From: Virgibacillus siamensis
GTDB lineage: Bacteria > Bacillota > Bacilli > Bacillales > Amphibacillaceae
Length of the DNA stretch: 40,000 bases
Direction: 5' to 3'
Assembly: GCF_900162695.1 (NCBI RefSeq)
Contig: NZ_FUIH01000007.1
Span: 1-40,000 of the forward strand
The translations under genes and the position numbers were made by a program. Positions 8,260-16,398 of this stretch are shown in pieces (the first letter of the stretch is position 1; every line of letters begins with the position of its first letter). The notes under the pieces were generated by a model. The model saw only the letters and a list, made by a program, of their open reading frames with translations. It was not told the DNA's origin and made no database searches.

Positions 8260-8541
8260 ATGAAAACAAATCAAGTTGACGGTGCGTTAACTATGGATAG
8301 CAACATGGTTATTCGAGGAAAAACAATTAAGGTTCTAAGAACAATTAAAAACCAAACATTAACGGACATGAGGAAAGCTACGGATTTAAATATCTCAATG
8401 CTTTCAGCTATGGAGAATGAGAAGCGTTCCCTATCAGCTAGAAACCAAATAAAACTATCAAGGTATCTAGTCCGTGATTTACGATACACGGCGGACGAAA
8501 TTATCGTAATTCAAGCATTCATAAACAATAAGGAGGTTTAA
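8260..8541 (+). CDS. XRE-family helix-turn-helix regulator (93 aa)
   Basis: The ATG at 8260 has RBS gggagg. The track ORF from 8125 looks over-extended. HTH-like IKVLRTIKNQTLTDMRKATDLNISMLSAMENEKRSLS. Confidence 0.7.
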   Translation: MKTNQVDGALTMDSNMVIRGKTIKVLRTIKNQTLTDMRKATDLNISMLSAMENEKRSLSARNQIKLSRYLVRDLRYTADEIIVIQAFINNKEV

Positions 8542-8544
8542 AAC

Positions 8545-8958
8545 ATGGCTAAAAATTATCGCGAGTTATCGCCTAAAGACATTGAAGAACTGACCGAGAT
8601 TTACCAACGGAGATTCCAGGGCGAAACAATTGTCTCTATTTGTAAAGAACTAGGCGTTGACCGTCGGACATATTACCGAAAGAAGGAACACCCACAATGG
8701 AAGAAAATCGAAAAGGAACTAACCGACAAGCTAATTGATAACGCCTATGACGAAATCATGCAGACGGTAGTACAAAAGGCGATTGGCGGTTCTCATAACT
8801 TCGCAAAGCTATACATGGACGTTACCGGCAAGATTAAGTTAACCCGTGAAGTTCGCGAGGACTACGAGAATAGACGCAATGCAGGTTCAACGTCGCCTAT
8901 GGACTTAGAACAACTTAGGGCATTAGTTGAACAAGATAAAATTCGTAGAATTAAGTAA
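8545..8958 (+). CDS. HTH protein resembling phage small-terminase / phBC6A51-type HTH proteins
   Basis: 137 aa. N-terminal HTH ETIVSICKELGVDRRTYYRKK followed by a helical region (NFAKLYMDVTGK). The layout is typical of Bacillus-phage TerS-like proteins. Assignment is from memory. Confidence 0.45.
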   Translation: MAKNYRELSPKDIEELTEIYQRRFQGETIVSICKELGVDRRTYYRKKEHPQWKKIEKELTDKLIDNAYDEIMQTVVQKAIGGSHNFAKLYMDVTGKIKLTREVREDYENRRNAGSTSPMDLEQLRALVEQDKIRRIK

Positions 8959-8993
8959 TTTAACATTCAAGTTTTGAAAGGGGAAATTTTATT

Positions 8994-9617
8994 ATGAAAA
9001 CAATCAAGAAAGTCGAGAAGTTAATCGACAAGGGAGAAGCAAGAAAGCAAAAACTAGTTAGTAAAATTGAGGATTTAAAACAAGAAGAAAAGGCATTGTA
9101 TGAAGCCGTTCAAGATGATTTTAATTTAGCAATTATTGAGGATAAAGAACCTTCTAAGAAGTTAAGCAGCGACCTTGAAAAAGTTCGTCAAGAACTAAAA
9201 GAAAAGCAATTCCAGTTAAGCCAAATTGACGCGGTTGTTCAAAAGGAACTAGAGAAGGCGAAAGCCGAAGTCGAGGAAGAACGCCGAGAGTATGAAGCCG
9301 AGAAACGCGAGGAATTCCGTAAGCTATTCGACGAGATTAACGAAGCTAAATTAGAGTTCCTTAACAAGTTAATCGAGTATCGTAACAAACACCGCGAGTA
9401 TTCAAGCGAACACGTTAGAACGTTTAAGGATATTCACGAACGCGTAGGCTTGCGTATGCCAGACCCTAGAGAACATAACAAGATTTTCTTACAACAACGA
9501 CACCAAATTTCAGACCGTTATAGCCCTATGGTTTACATGGACGAGTTACGCGGGGCATTGGTTGACGGTAAACTACCGTTTGCAACTGAAAAGAACAAAG
9601 AAGCATTTAAAAAGTAA
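8994..9617 (+). CDS. coiled-coil protein, unknown function
   Basis: 207 aa, very K/E-rich heptad-like sequence. RBS aagggga. Confidence 0.6.
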   Translation: MKTIKKVEKLIDKGEARKQKLVSKIEDLKQEEKALYEAVQDDFNLAIIEDKEPSKKLSSDLEKVRQELKEKQFQLSQIDAVVQKELEKAKAEVEEERREYEAEKREEFRKLFDEINEAKLEFLNKLIEYRNKHREYSSEHVRTFKDIHERVGLRMPDPREHNKIFLQQRHQISDRYSPMVYMDELRGALVDGKLPFATEKNKEAFKK

Positions 9618-9654
9618 TTCACTCACTTAAATTTGTATTAAAAAAGACACTTCA

Positions 9655-9682
9655 ACGGCGGGGCGTTCGATTGTCCCGTCGT
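9655..9682 (+). terminator. hairpin after the 8994-9617 gene (weak terminator)
   Basis: acggcgggg / tcccgtcgt, a 9-bp stem with 2 G-U pairs. The downstream T-run is poor. Confidence 0.35.
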
Positions 9683-9805
9683 TAATATTTGAATACTTGA
9701 CTATATAAAATGGGGGCATTTTCAAATGAGTAAGGTAGACATATCGTTATGGGTTCTATTCATTTTCACGGCATTTCAAAACATCATGTAGGGGGCTATT
9801 AAATT

Positions 9806-10138
9806 ATGAGTGTAACAAAAAGGAAGAAAGAAAAAGCATATAACGAAATATCCGAGGAACTACGTTTTGCAATCCTAGTAGACTATGAACAAGGTACTAA
9901 GTGGAGAGACATAGCAGAATTTCACGAAGTAGATTATAGAATCGTCGAATCAGTATGCAGGAAAAGACAATTCGAGGAACGAGAAGCACAAGAACGTAAA
10001 GAAGGCGAACGAGGTACAAAGACTATTCGTTACTTCAAGGGCGAAAGGTTAAGTGATGGGAAGCCGTCACCTATAAAGAAATATAACCTTAAAGACTTGA
10101 CCGAAGCAGAGAAAAAGGAACTAGGATTCTTGAATTAA
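9806..10138 (+). CDS. hypothetical protein with possible HTH
   Basis: 110 aa. KWRDIAEFHEVDYRIVESVCRK resembles a short HTH. RBS aggggg. Confidence 0.55.
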   Translation: MSVTKRKKEKAYNEISEELRFAILVDYEQGTKWRDIAEFHEVDYRIVESVCRKRQFEEREAQERKEGERGTKTIRYFKGERLSDGKPSPIKKYNLKDLTEAEKKELGFLN

Positions 10139-10167
10139 GTTATCAAAAATAGGGGGCAATTTTAATC

Positions 10168-10785
10168 ATGGCACTAATCGTTAAACACAATCAGAAAATA
10201 ATCGCATATTCACACGAAGGAAAGGTACGCGGGAGACTTTGCAACAAATGTTATAGCATGAAAAGAATTGACGCGTTCCACGATAACCCTAGAGGGTTTG
10301 AGGGGAAACATTCTACTTGTAAAACTTGTCAAGGGGTATATTCGAAGGAGAACCAAAAGAAGAACGAATACATTCATTCTAAGCTATATAACTACCGACA
10401 AAAGGCGTTAGAAAATGGACTACCTTCCGTTAACTCTATCGAGATTATGGAGAAGGCAAAGGACGAACAACGCGGAGAATGTGTACTAACTGGAAGTAAA
10501 GACAACCTATCTACCGACCATTTCACACCGTTAAAATGGGGTACGGGAATGGGCGACACTTACGAGAATATTATCTATATGGATAGATGGTTAAACACTT
10601 CTAAGGGCAATAGAAACCCCTTTTCGTGGATTAAGAATCAACCTAAAGAGATTCAAGACCGATTCTATTATATTCTTGTTCCAATGCTTGCAGACCGTAA
10701 CGGAATGACACCGAGAGAGTTTAAAGAGTATGTAAACGAATGTTATGCAGAATACGAAGCTAACAAGGACTATAAGGAGGTTTAA
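10168..10785 (+). CDS. HNH endonuclease with N-terminal Cys-rich (zinc-ribbon-like) region
   Basis: 205 aa. CNKC...CKTC, then CVLTGSKDNLSTDHFTPLKWG...NIIYMDRWLNTSKGNRNP (H-N-N type motif). Confidence 0.85.
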   Translation: MALIVKHNQKIIAYSHEGKVRGRLCNKCYSMKRIDAFHDNPRGFEGKHSTCKTCQGVYSKENQKKNEYIHSKLYNYRQKALENGLPSVNSIEIMEKAKDEQRGECVLTGSKDNLSTDHFTPLKWGTGMGDTYENIIYMDRWLNTSKGNRNPFSWIKNQPKEIQDRFYYILVPMLADRNGMTPREFKEYVNECYAEYEANKDYKEV

Positions 10786-10788
10786 ACC

Positions 10789-10953
10789 GTGGAAGATAAT
10801 AAATTATACGTAGAAGCCTTATTAAAAGGTAAGGAAGTTAGGAACATGAAATCCGAGATTGTAGAAATTTTCAAAAACCATTTAGAAAACGTTAATGATA
10901 TTGAACTATTAAAAGCCGTTAAACAATACATGCTAAAAGGAGAGGTTAAGTAA
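10789..10953 (+). CDS. small ORF (54 aa), below the ORF-track cutoff
   Basis: GTG start 8 nt after RBS aaggagg. Its stop overlaps the next start (TAATG). Sequence VEDNKLYVEALLKGKEVRNMKSEIVEIFKNHLENVNDIELLKAVKQYMLKGEVK. Confidence 0.6.
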   Translation: MEDNKLYVEALLKGKEVRNMKSEIVEIFKNHLENVNDIELLKAVKQYMLKGEVK

Positions 10954-11126
10954 TGGAAAAGGTTACATTTTACGTTCACAAGGATTCTAACAAGATTGTA
11001 TCTAAAGTTTGTGGGGGTTGCGGGGCTATTAAACTAGTAGACGACTTTCCAACGTTTGAAGAAGGTAAAAAGAAAATGAACTTTTCATCTAATTGTATTG
11101 AATGTGAGAAAGGGGAACAAGAATAA
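10953..11126 (+). CDS. small zinc-ribbon-like ORF (57 aa), below the ORF-track cutoff
   Basis: MEKVTFYVHKDSNKIVSKVCGGCG...NCIECEKGEQE (CxxC...CxxC). It is coupled to both neighbours through TAATG overlaps. Confidence 0.6.
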   Translation: MEKVTFYVHKDSNKIVSKVCGGCGAIKLVDDFPTFEEGKKKMNFSSNCIECEKGEQE

Positions 11127-11359
11127 TGACACGTAAACTAACACCTTATGAACTAATGGCTATGGGATACGATAAGACCGAAAAAGAGACATTAGAGGAC
11201 GGCGGACAAGAAGCCGAGGTAATCAAGAAGGATAACAAGGAAGAACGACCGTTATCAGCTATTGAAATGTTAATGGCGGGCTATAATCCCGATTCTACGC
11301 AAAAGGAAAAGGAAGTAACCGTTAATCCTAACGAAATTGAAAAGGAAGGCGATAAGTAG
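11126..11359 (+). CDS. small acidic hypothetical protein (77 aa)
   Basis: ORF coupled to the upstream gene. E/K-rich. Confidence 0.6.
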   Translation: MTRKLTPYELMAMGYDKTEKETLEDGGQEAEVIKKDNKEERPLSAIEMLMAGYNPDSTQKEKEVTVNPNEIEKEGDK

Positions 11360-11527
11360 GGTTAAGGAATTCAAATAGAAGCCCCAGACGGAAAGCAAAC
11401 ACTAACAAGAAGTCTAACGGCTTATAAGCCTTCCACGGCTAAACAAATGGTAGACGCACATAATAAACGAACTAGAGGGACGGCAAAATAAAGCCGTTCT
11501 TCTCTTTTGTCAAAAGGAGGATTAAAA

Positions 11528-11734
11528 ATGCCAAGTAAAGCATATTACGAATTACTACACATGCTAGACCCCGAAGAATTAGCAAAAGGGAATCGACTTC
11601 ATATCGAAATTGCTAAACGAATGGCGGGCGAACTTAAAGGGGAAATATATTGGAAACACCCCGACGAAAAGCCCTTCCGTGAAATGACAAGAGAAGAACA
11701 AATAGAAGCATTAAGAAAAATAGTTCGGGATTAA
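11528..11734 (+). CDS. small hypothetical protein (68 aa)
   Basis: The ATG at 11528 follows RBS aaaggagg. The track start at 11507 is less likely. Confidence 0.6.
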   Translation: MPSKAYYELLHMLDPEELAKGNRLHIEIAKRMAGELKGEIYWKHPDEKPFREMTREEQIEALRKIVRD

Positions 11735-11751
11735 ACTTCCCGTTCTTTTTT
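11726..11751 (+). terminator. rho-independent terminator
   Basis: cggga-ttaaact-tcccg followed by ttctttttt. Confidence 0.65.
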
Positions 11752-11836
11752 ACATACTAGGCTTACGAGTTAGCCGTTACGTTTTTGCGTTATACGGCGA
11801 TAGGGGATATTTAGGGAAATTGATAATATTATTACA

Positions 11837-11873
11837 AGACGGAGGACATTACGTTCCTTCGTCTCTTTTTTTT
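11837..11873 (+). terminator. second rho-independent terminator
   Basis: agacggagga / tccttcgtct 10-bp stem (one G-U pair), then cTTTTTTTT. Confidence 0.75.
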
Positions 11874-12065
11874 ATATACATGTAGCTTATGCTAGTAACA
11901 TGTTTGAGAGAAGCCCTACAACGAAGTGAAACATTCTTTATCGACCAATTACCCATCTAACTTCGTCGGAGAACGCCTTATTTAATTTCCCTTATATTTA
12001 GTCTTTATATACTATGGTTATTTTCGTTTGTGCCGTTCCTTCTCGTTCTTCAGCTTCTTCTAGTT

Positions 12066-12245
12066 CTACATCAAAAGATACCATTGTTCCTTCCATGTAG
12101 CCTTTATAACTTCGTCTACTAAATTTGTATCACATACGATACTTCCACGTTTTGTTAAAATATTGGCGTAGTGTTGGGCTTTTGTTGGTGTGGAATTTGC
12201 AAATTTAAGGACTTCTTCTTCCGTCATATAACGTAACTTTGTCAT
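12066..12245 (-). CDS. small leftward ORF (59 aa), below the ORF-track cutoff
   Basis: RBS ggagggg 7 nt before the ATG. MTKLRYMTEEEVLKFANSTPTKAQHYANILTKRGSIVCDTNLVDEVIKATWKEQWYLLM. An overlapping frame continues MVSFDVELEEAEEREGTAQTKITIVYKD. Confidence 0.5.
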   Translation of the reverse strand: MTKLRYMTEEEVLKFANSTPTKAQHYANILTKRGSIVCDTNLVDEVIKATWKEQWYLLM

Positions 12246-12273
12246 TATTTAACCCCTCCAATTCTTTTATTTT

Positions 12274-12282
12274 ATTATATCA
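12274..12282 (-). promoter_or_regulatory. extended -10 promoter element (TGATATAAT) for the leftward small ORF
   Basis: The minus strand reads ...gaattttTGATATAATaaaataaaag, about 30 nt upstream of the ATG. A TTGATA hexamer lies 22 nt upstream, too far for a canonical -35. Confidence 0.5.
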
Positions 12283-12320
12283 AAAATTCGGCTGGTACGT
12301 TTATCAACCTTTTGTAAAGA

Positions 12321-12357
12321 TAGATACTTTTAGATAAGGGTTAGATAAGGATAGATT
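12321..12357 (+). repeat. iteron-like TAGAT(A/T) repeats at ~10-11 bp spacing
   Basis: aTAGATActttTAGATAAGGgtTAGATAAGGaTAGATTacc. Four copies, two of them 9/9 identical (TAGATAAGG). Confidence 0.6.
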
Positions 12358-12360
12358 ACC

Positions 12361-13060
12361 GTTAATAATGCACCTTGTTAATGCAGGACGGTTGGTTTAG
12401 TAAAGAGTATGACGAATAGTAAAATACAAATAACGTCCCATACGTACACACCCCTAATTATCTTTATTTGTGTCTATACCCCTTTTCCTTCCAGTAACGG
12501 CGGGTGTTTAACGTATATTCCCCGTATGTATTGTATATGGGTAGTGGGACAAATAACGCCCCTCATAGCGTAGCATACACCGTCAATTATTCTACAAGAT
12601 ACTAAGCTAATCCCTTATACGATTTTCGTCTTATTCCGTGGGGAATCGGACGAATATAACGCGTTAGATAATAAGACTAAACGAAAGACCAAGGATTAAA
12701 GACTATTGATTCCCTTTTTCTTTCGTCTGATTCCTCTTAACCCTTCGTACTTCCGTAACGTGATTCCTTATCGTTCACAATCAATGTGGGTTTACGTATA
12801 TATTAACGTTCTAAGCGTTTGATAACGTATAGACCTACACGCCTAACCAATCTTCTAACGGCTTGCTACGTGCTTTCTATGGCTTCTCATAACGTCCTAT
12901 ATAAAGTGTATATGTACGAAAAGAGAAGGGGCGGGGGAACGGGGGACGCACACCCTAGCAATCCCACACCCCGCATGATTTACGTATATATTCTAAAAAC
13001 CCCTTCCCGTGTCCTAATTCGATAAATTACCGATTCTACAAAATATAAATTTTCATAAAA
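12361..13060. other. ORF-free region with inverted and direct repeats (candidate origin, packaging site or ncRNA)
   Basis: Only short, start-poor ORFs. Inverted repeat ttcgtcttattcc-gtgg-ggaatcggacgaa (12625-12653). The motif recurs at 12722-12734 and 7888-7900. 14-bp repeat tttacgtatatatt at ~12791 and ~12979. Stem acgaaaga/tctttcgt 12681-12726. G-run patch ggggcgggggaacggggg at 12927-12944. Confidence 0.4.
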
Positions 13061-13307
13061 AATTAGGGTGTTTTGTGCCTTCGTTAATTCCTTCAATCAT
13101 CATTTACGGTTATTCAAACATGGCTATCCGTTACTTCCGAAAAATATACTTCTCCAAAAAATTAAGGGCTTTTGTGTCACAAGATAGCCCCGACTTTTCC
13201 AAAAAGATATTAGAAACATGTCACAAATTAAGTTCATTTACCACAACTATAAGTAGTCATCTTGTAAAAGTAAATTTAGCAGCTATACATCAAAAGGAGG
13301 AATTACA

Positions 13308-13655
13308 ATGACTAGAATTATCGAACAATATACGGCAAAGGAAATAATGAGTAGTGAGAGGTTGCAACACTTAGCAAAAGAAGAAATGCTTCAAAGGGTT
13401 AAGGTATTGTATAAGGTAAAAGAAATACTAAGTTTTCCGCGTGACGGGTATATCAATATTTCTAATGTTGCCGAATTTTACGAAGTTGAAGAATCGAAGG
13501 TATCCAGCTTGTTAGGGATTGCGGAAGAACTCGAAGGGGAACTTAACTTACTTGTTTCTAAAATGGATATGTTAAATGTAGGGTTCTTGCTAAATGAATC
13601 AGTAGTAGCCCAAGAGTTAAGAAATCAAGTAGTAAACATTCGGGACGCGGTTTAA
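13308..13655 (+). CDS. hypothetical protein (115 aa)
   Basis: Strong RBS aaaggagg. No domain recognised with confidence. Confidence 0.6.
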   Translation: MTRIIEQYTAKEIMSSERLQHLAKEEMLQRVKVLYKVKEILSFPRDGYINISNVAEFYEVEESKVSSLLGIAEELEGELNLLVSKMDMLNVGFLLNESVVAQELRNQVVNIRDAV

Positions 13656-13674
13656 AGCCGTTGTCCCCTTTTTT
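13642..13674 (+). terminator. rho-independent terminator
   Basis: gggac..cgg / ccg..gtccc hairpin followed by cTTTTTT. Confidence 0.6.
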
Positions 13675-13843
13675 ATAACCTATTCCATATTCTTATTGTT
13701 AATAGATGAAGTAATAAACGTATAACACGTATGTTATCCCCGTTTTGTTCTTCGTTTTATATATTCGAGATTATTGCACGGTTTCGCACACATAAATTAA
13801 AAAAATCTAAGAAAATATCATTTATTTGTAGGAGGTTAAAACA

Positions 13844-14500
13844 ATGCAAACAATAACGGAAGTGAATCCCGACCAAGTACATTTAATTGCAAAGAGAGAA
13901 CGTATAGAAAGGGTGTACGGTAGGGGGACGCGGTACTATATCATAGCCTTAGAAGAAGCCTGGGGCGAATACTTAGACCTTTACGAGAAGGAAGGGAAGG
14001 ACGCTTTTCGTATAATGTACGATAATCCTAGTATGTATTATCTTGTAGGGAAGAAGATAGACAAGTTCACTAAGGCGTGGAGAAGGAAGGGTTTAACTCG
14101 TGAGGACTTCTATTCTATCTTTTGGGAAACGGCATGGAAAATAACCGAAGCACATACTTTTAGGGACGATTATTTCCTTTATGAAAAGATTCCCCAAGCA
14201 CTAGATAGTGCGGGAATTGATTTTGTGCGTGCTTGTCTTAATACCGATAAAAGGAAGGCGAACTATGATACGGTTAGTTATAAAGATACTAGTTCGTTCA
14301 GATTCGAAGGAGAAGTAGAAACAATGTTAATGATAGACCAATGTTGTAATGGAATAGAACGTGCGGTATTGACGACTTACTTAGAGTGTCCTAATCTTTC
14401 GTACACCGAAATAGGGCGAATACACGGGATAAATCATCATCAAAAAGTTAAAAGGTTAATTGATAGTGCATTGAACAAAATAAAAAAAAGCCCATTATAA
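13844..14500 (+). CDS. sigma-factor-like regulator (region-4-type HTH at C-terminus)
   Basis: 218 aa. C-terminal ERAVLTTYLECPNLSYTEIGRIHGINHHQKVKRLIDSALNKIKK resembles sigma-70 region 4.2 and phage late-gene activators. RBS aggagg. Confidence 0.5.
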   Translation: MQTITEVNPDQVHLIAKRERIERVYGRGTRYYIIALEEAWGEYLDLYEKEGKDAFRIMYDNPSMYYLVGKKIDKFTKAWRRKGLTREDFYSIFWETAWKITEAHTFRDDYFLYEKIPQALDSAGIDFVRACLNTDKRKANYDTVSYKDTSSFRFEGEVETMLMIDQCCNGIERAVLTTYLECPNLSYTEIGRIHGINHHQKVKRLIDSALNKIKKSPL

Positions 14501-14514
14501 AATGGACTAGTAAG

Positions 14515-15714
14515 CTATTTAGAAGATGTATCAAAAACCCTAACTTCAATTCTATGGTTAGCGAAGCCGTACTTCTCAACGGGTTCTATAAACTTTTGGG
14601 TGTTTTGATTATAGTTCTCCTTCATTTTATTTCTAATGTAATCTTGTGGAATTTCATCTACCGCCTTAATTTCTTCAATTTCGGTAGCTGGTTGTAATTC
14701 TTGTATTGTTTTTTCTATTCTTGCTTCGGCTTCTTCCCGTTCTTGTGCCGAAGTAGTGGATTCCTCTAATAATTGCCGTGAGTTTACGGACACGGATAAT
14801 ATAGTTATTAAAGGTACTACTATTGTTAATCCGATATGGAAAATTGCTTCATAAGGGCTATTATGGGATATACTCTTTAAGTCTAGGAATTTACTAGGGT
14901 CATGTTTAGTCTTGTTAATGAAGCTATCACATAGTATTTGAACCTTTTTGTTTTCGGGTGAATAGATACCGATTATCGGACGCTTTAAGGATTCAAATTT
15001 AGTGAAAAAGTCGTTAAAGTAATCAATTTCTAACTTTTGATACGTGGTATTCTTAAAGTTAGTGAAATCATTTTCTTCAATACTTTCCATTAGAATATCA
15101 AGCGAAGGCTTGTCCTTCTCAAAACTAACAAAAGAAGCAATAGTTTTACTTGTAAGTTCCTTTGTAGCTTTTCTAAAGTTTTCTTTATTTCTTTCATCAA
15201 TTGCCGTTTCCTTTACTATTTCAAAAGCAAGGCTTTCAATATCTTCAATTACTTCATTATATGGAAGCCCATTTTTTACATTAGTGTAGTATTTAATTAG
15301 GTTGTTTTTATCAAGCCTACTAAACTGGTAATGATACAATAATTCGTTAATCCCTCTAAAATAAGCAAACGTTAGCCTTATCTTTGTAATCTCTTCATCG
15401 GGGAACATTGAAATTGGGTCAAGTAAGTGATAGAAGGTCTTTACGTCTGCTGATTTCGTGAGGTCTAAAAGCCCAATGTTTTGATAGGAGTTATTTATTT
15501 CAAATGATTCATTAAATATAATTATGTTCTTTGGTGAAATACCATGTTTTAAAGCAAGGCTTATAGTATTCATTAACTCATTTTTATAGTAATGCTTAGT
15601 TAATTGTGAAATGAAATCGGATATTTGCCATGAAGTTAGTAAGTCATCTTCCGTCCTTTTAAATTTAACTTCTAACTTCTTTGTAGTGTTTTTGTATTCT
15701 TCTTCGTTAAACAA
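14515..15714 (-). CDS. 399-aa protein of unknown function with one predicted TM helix (~aa 290-310) and an acidic coiled-coil tail
   Basis: TTG start after RBS aggaggg. Very AT-rich. Hydrophobic segment AIFHIGLTIVVPLITILSVSV followed by EESTTSAQEREEAEARIEKTIQEL. I recognise no known motif. Confidence 0.65.
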   Translation of the reverse strand: MFNEEEYKNTTKKLEVKFKRTEDDLLTSWQISDFISQLTKHYYKNELMNTISLALKHGISPKNIIIFNESFEINNSYQNIGLLDLTKSADVKTFYHLLDPISMFPDEEITKIRLTFAYFRGINELLYHYQFSRLDKNNLIKYYTNVKNGLPYNEVIEDIESLAFEIVKETAIDERNKENFRKATKELTSKTIASFVSFEKDKPSLDILMESIEENDFTNFKNTTYQKLEIDYFNDFFTKFESLKRPIIGIYSPENKKVQILCDSFINKTKHDPSKFLDLKSISHNSPYEAIFHIGLTIVVPLITILSVSVNSRQLLEESTTSAQEREEAEARIEKTIQELQPATEIEEIKAVDEIPQDYIRNKMKENYNQNTQKFIEPVEKYGFANHRIEVRVFDTSSK

Positions 15715-15733
15715 AAATAACCCTCCTAAGTAA

Positions 15734-16207
15734 TCAATCCTCTTTTTTCTGGAATTTTTTCTTTAGCATTTCATCATACTTATTTAAAGCGTCGGTCACG
15801 GCTTTATTCTTTTCGTTCTCTATCTTAGTCTCGACTTGTTTTTTGTATAAATCACTTACAAATAAAGTGAAGAATGAAAAACCTATACTATATAGAAGAA
15901 ACACGTTAGAATCTATGGAGTTAACTAACCTTTTGAGGAAGGTTATGTTTGTATTAAGCATAGGAGAGAGAACGATTAAAACAATACTAAGAATAAATAA
16001 TACATTCTTTGCTATCTTTCGTAAGATATGTTGTTCACTATCTTTCTTCAAAGGGTTATCTAATAAACTTGAAATACTCATTAACAACGCACCCAATGAA
16101 AAACCGAATATGGAAAAGTCCCCAAGTGTTATGTATCCCAACGAATAAAGAGGTGCACCAAAAATAAATATTATCCCCAATACTAAGATGATTCTTTGTT
16201 CCTTCAA
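15734..16207 (-). CDS. 157-aa integral membrane protein (4 predicted TM helices, charged C-tail)
   Basis: Hydrophobic runs at aa 6-26, 31-49, 69-84 and 102-120, then a K/E-rich tail. It ends 19 nt upstream of the 399-aa gene on the same strand. Confidence 0.6.
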   Translation of the reverse strand: MKEQRIILVLGIIFIFGAPLYSLGYITLGDFSIFGFSLGALLMSISSLLDNPLKKDSEQHILRKIAKNVLFILSIVLIVLSPMLNTNITFLKRLVNSIDSNVFLLYSIGFSFFTLFVSDLYKKQVETKIENEKNKAVTDALNKYDEMLKKKFQKKED

Positions 16208-16398
16208 GTCCTTAACACCTTCTTTCGTACTAAGACATAAAAGAATAATATGCTACAAATTTCACACTTATTTATATATTCAGTTTACATTATTTAGAAG
16301 GAATATTGAACATAAAATTAAGGTTGCAAAACAATTAAAAATCTACTATAATGAAACTTGTTCGTTAATCGTATGAATAGTGACGAAAAGAAAGCCAC

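Noticed and set aside
10782-10979. 65-aa minus-strand ORF
   Set aside because: It is antisense to two plus-strand mini-ORFs that have a strong RBS and TAATG coupling to their neighbours. It has no RBS of its own.
4010-11485. Stop-codon reassignment (alternative genetic code) in the island
   Set aside because: The interrupted frames use both TAG and TAA. Most island genes terminate normally on the same codons with sensible lengths and downstream RBS/start overlaps, and no suppressor tRNA gene is visible in the island. Pseudogenisation is more parsimonious.
12927-12975. G-quadruplex in ggggcgggggaacggggg
   Set aside because: There are only three G-tracts, and no fourth tract within reach, so it is not a canonical intramolecular G4. 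It is kept only as a compositional oddity of the non-coding block.
12819-13311. ORFs 12819-13025 (68 aa) and 13075-13311 (78 aa)
   Set aside because: They have no RBS and odd composition, with non-ATG starts as far as I can read them (12819 looks like ttg; 13075 is gtg). They sit in the repeat-rich non-coding block, and the second overlaps the promoter/RBS region of 13308-13655.
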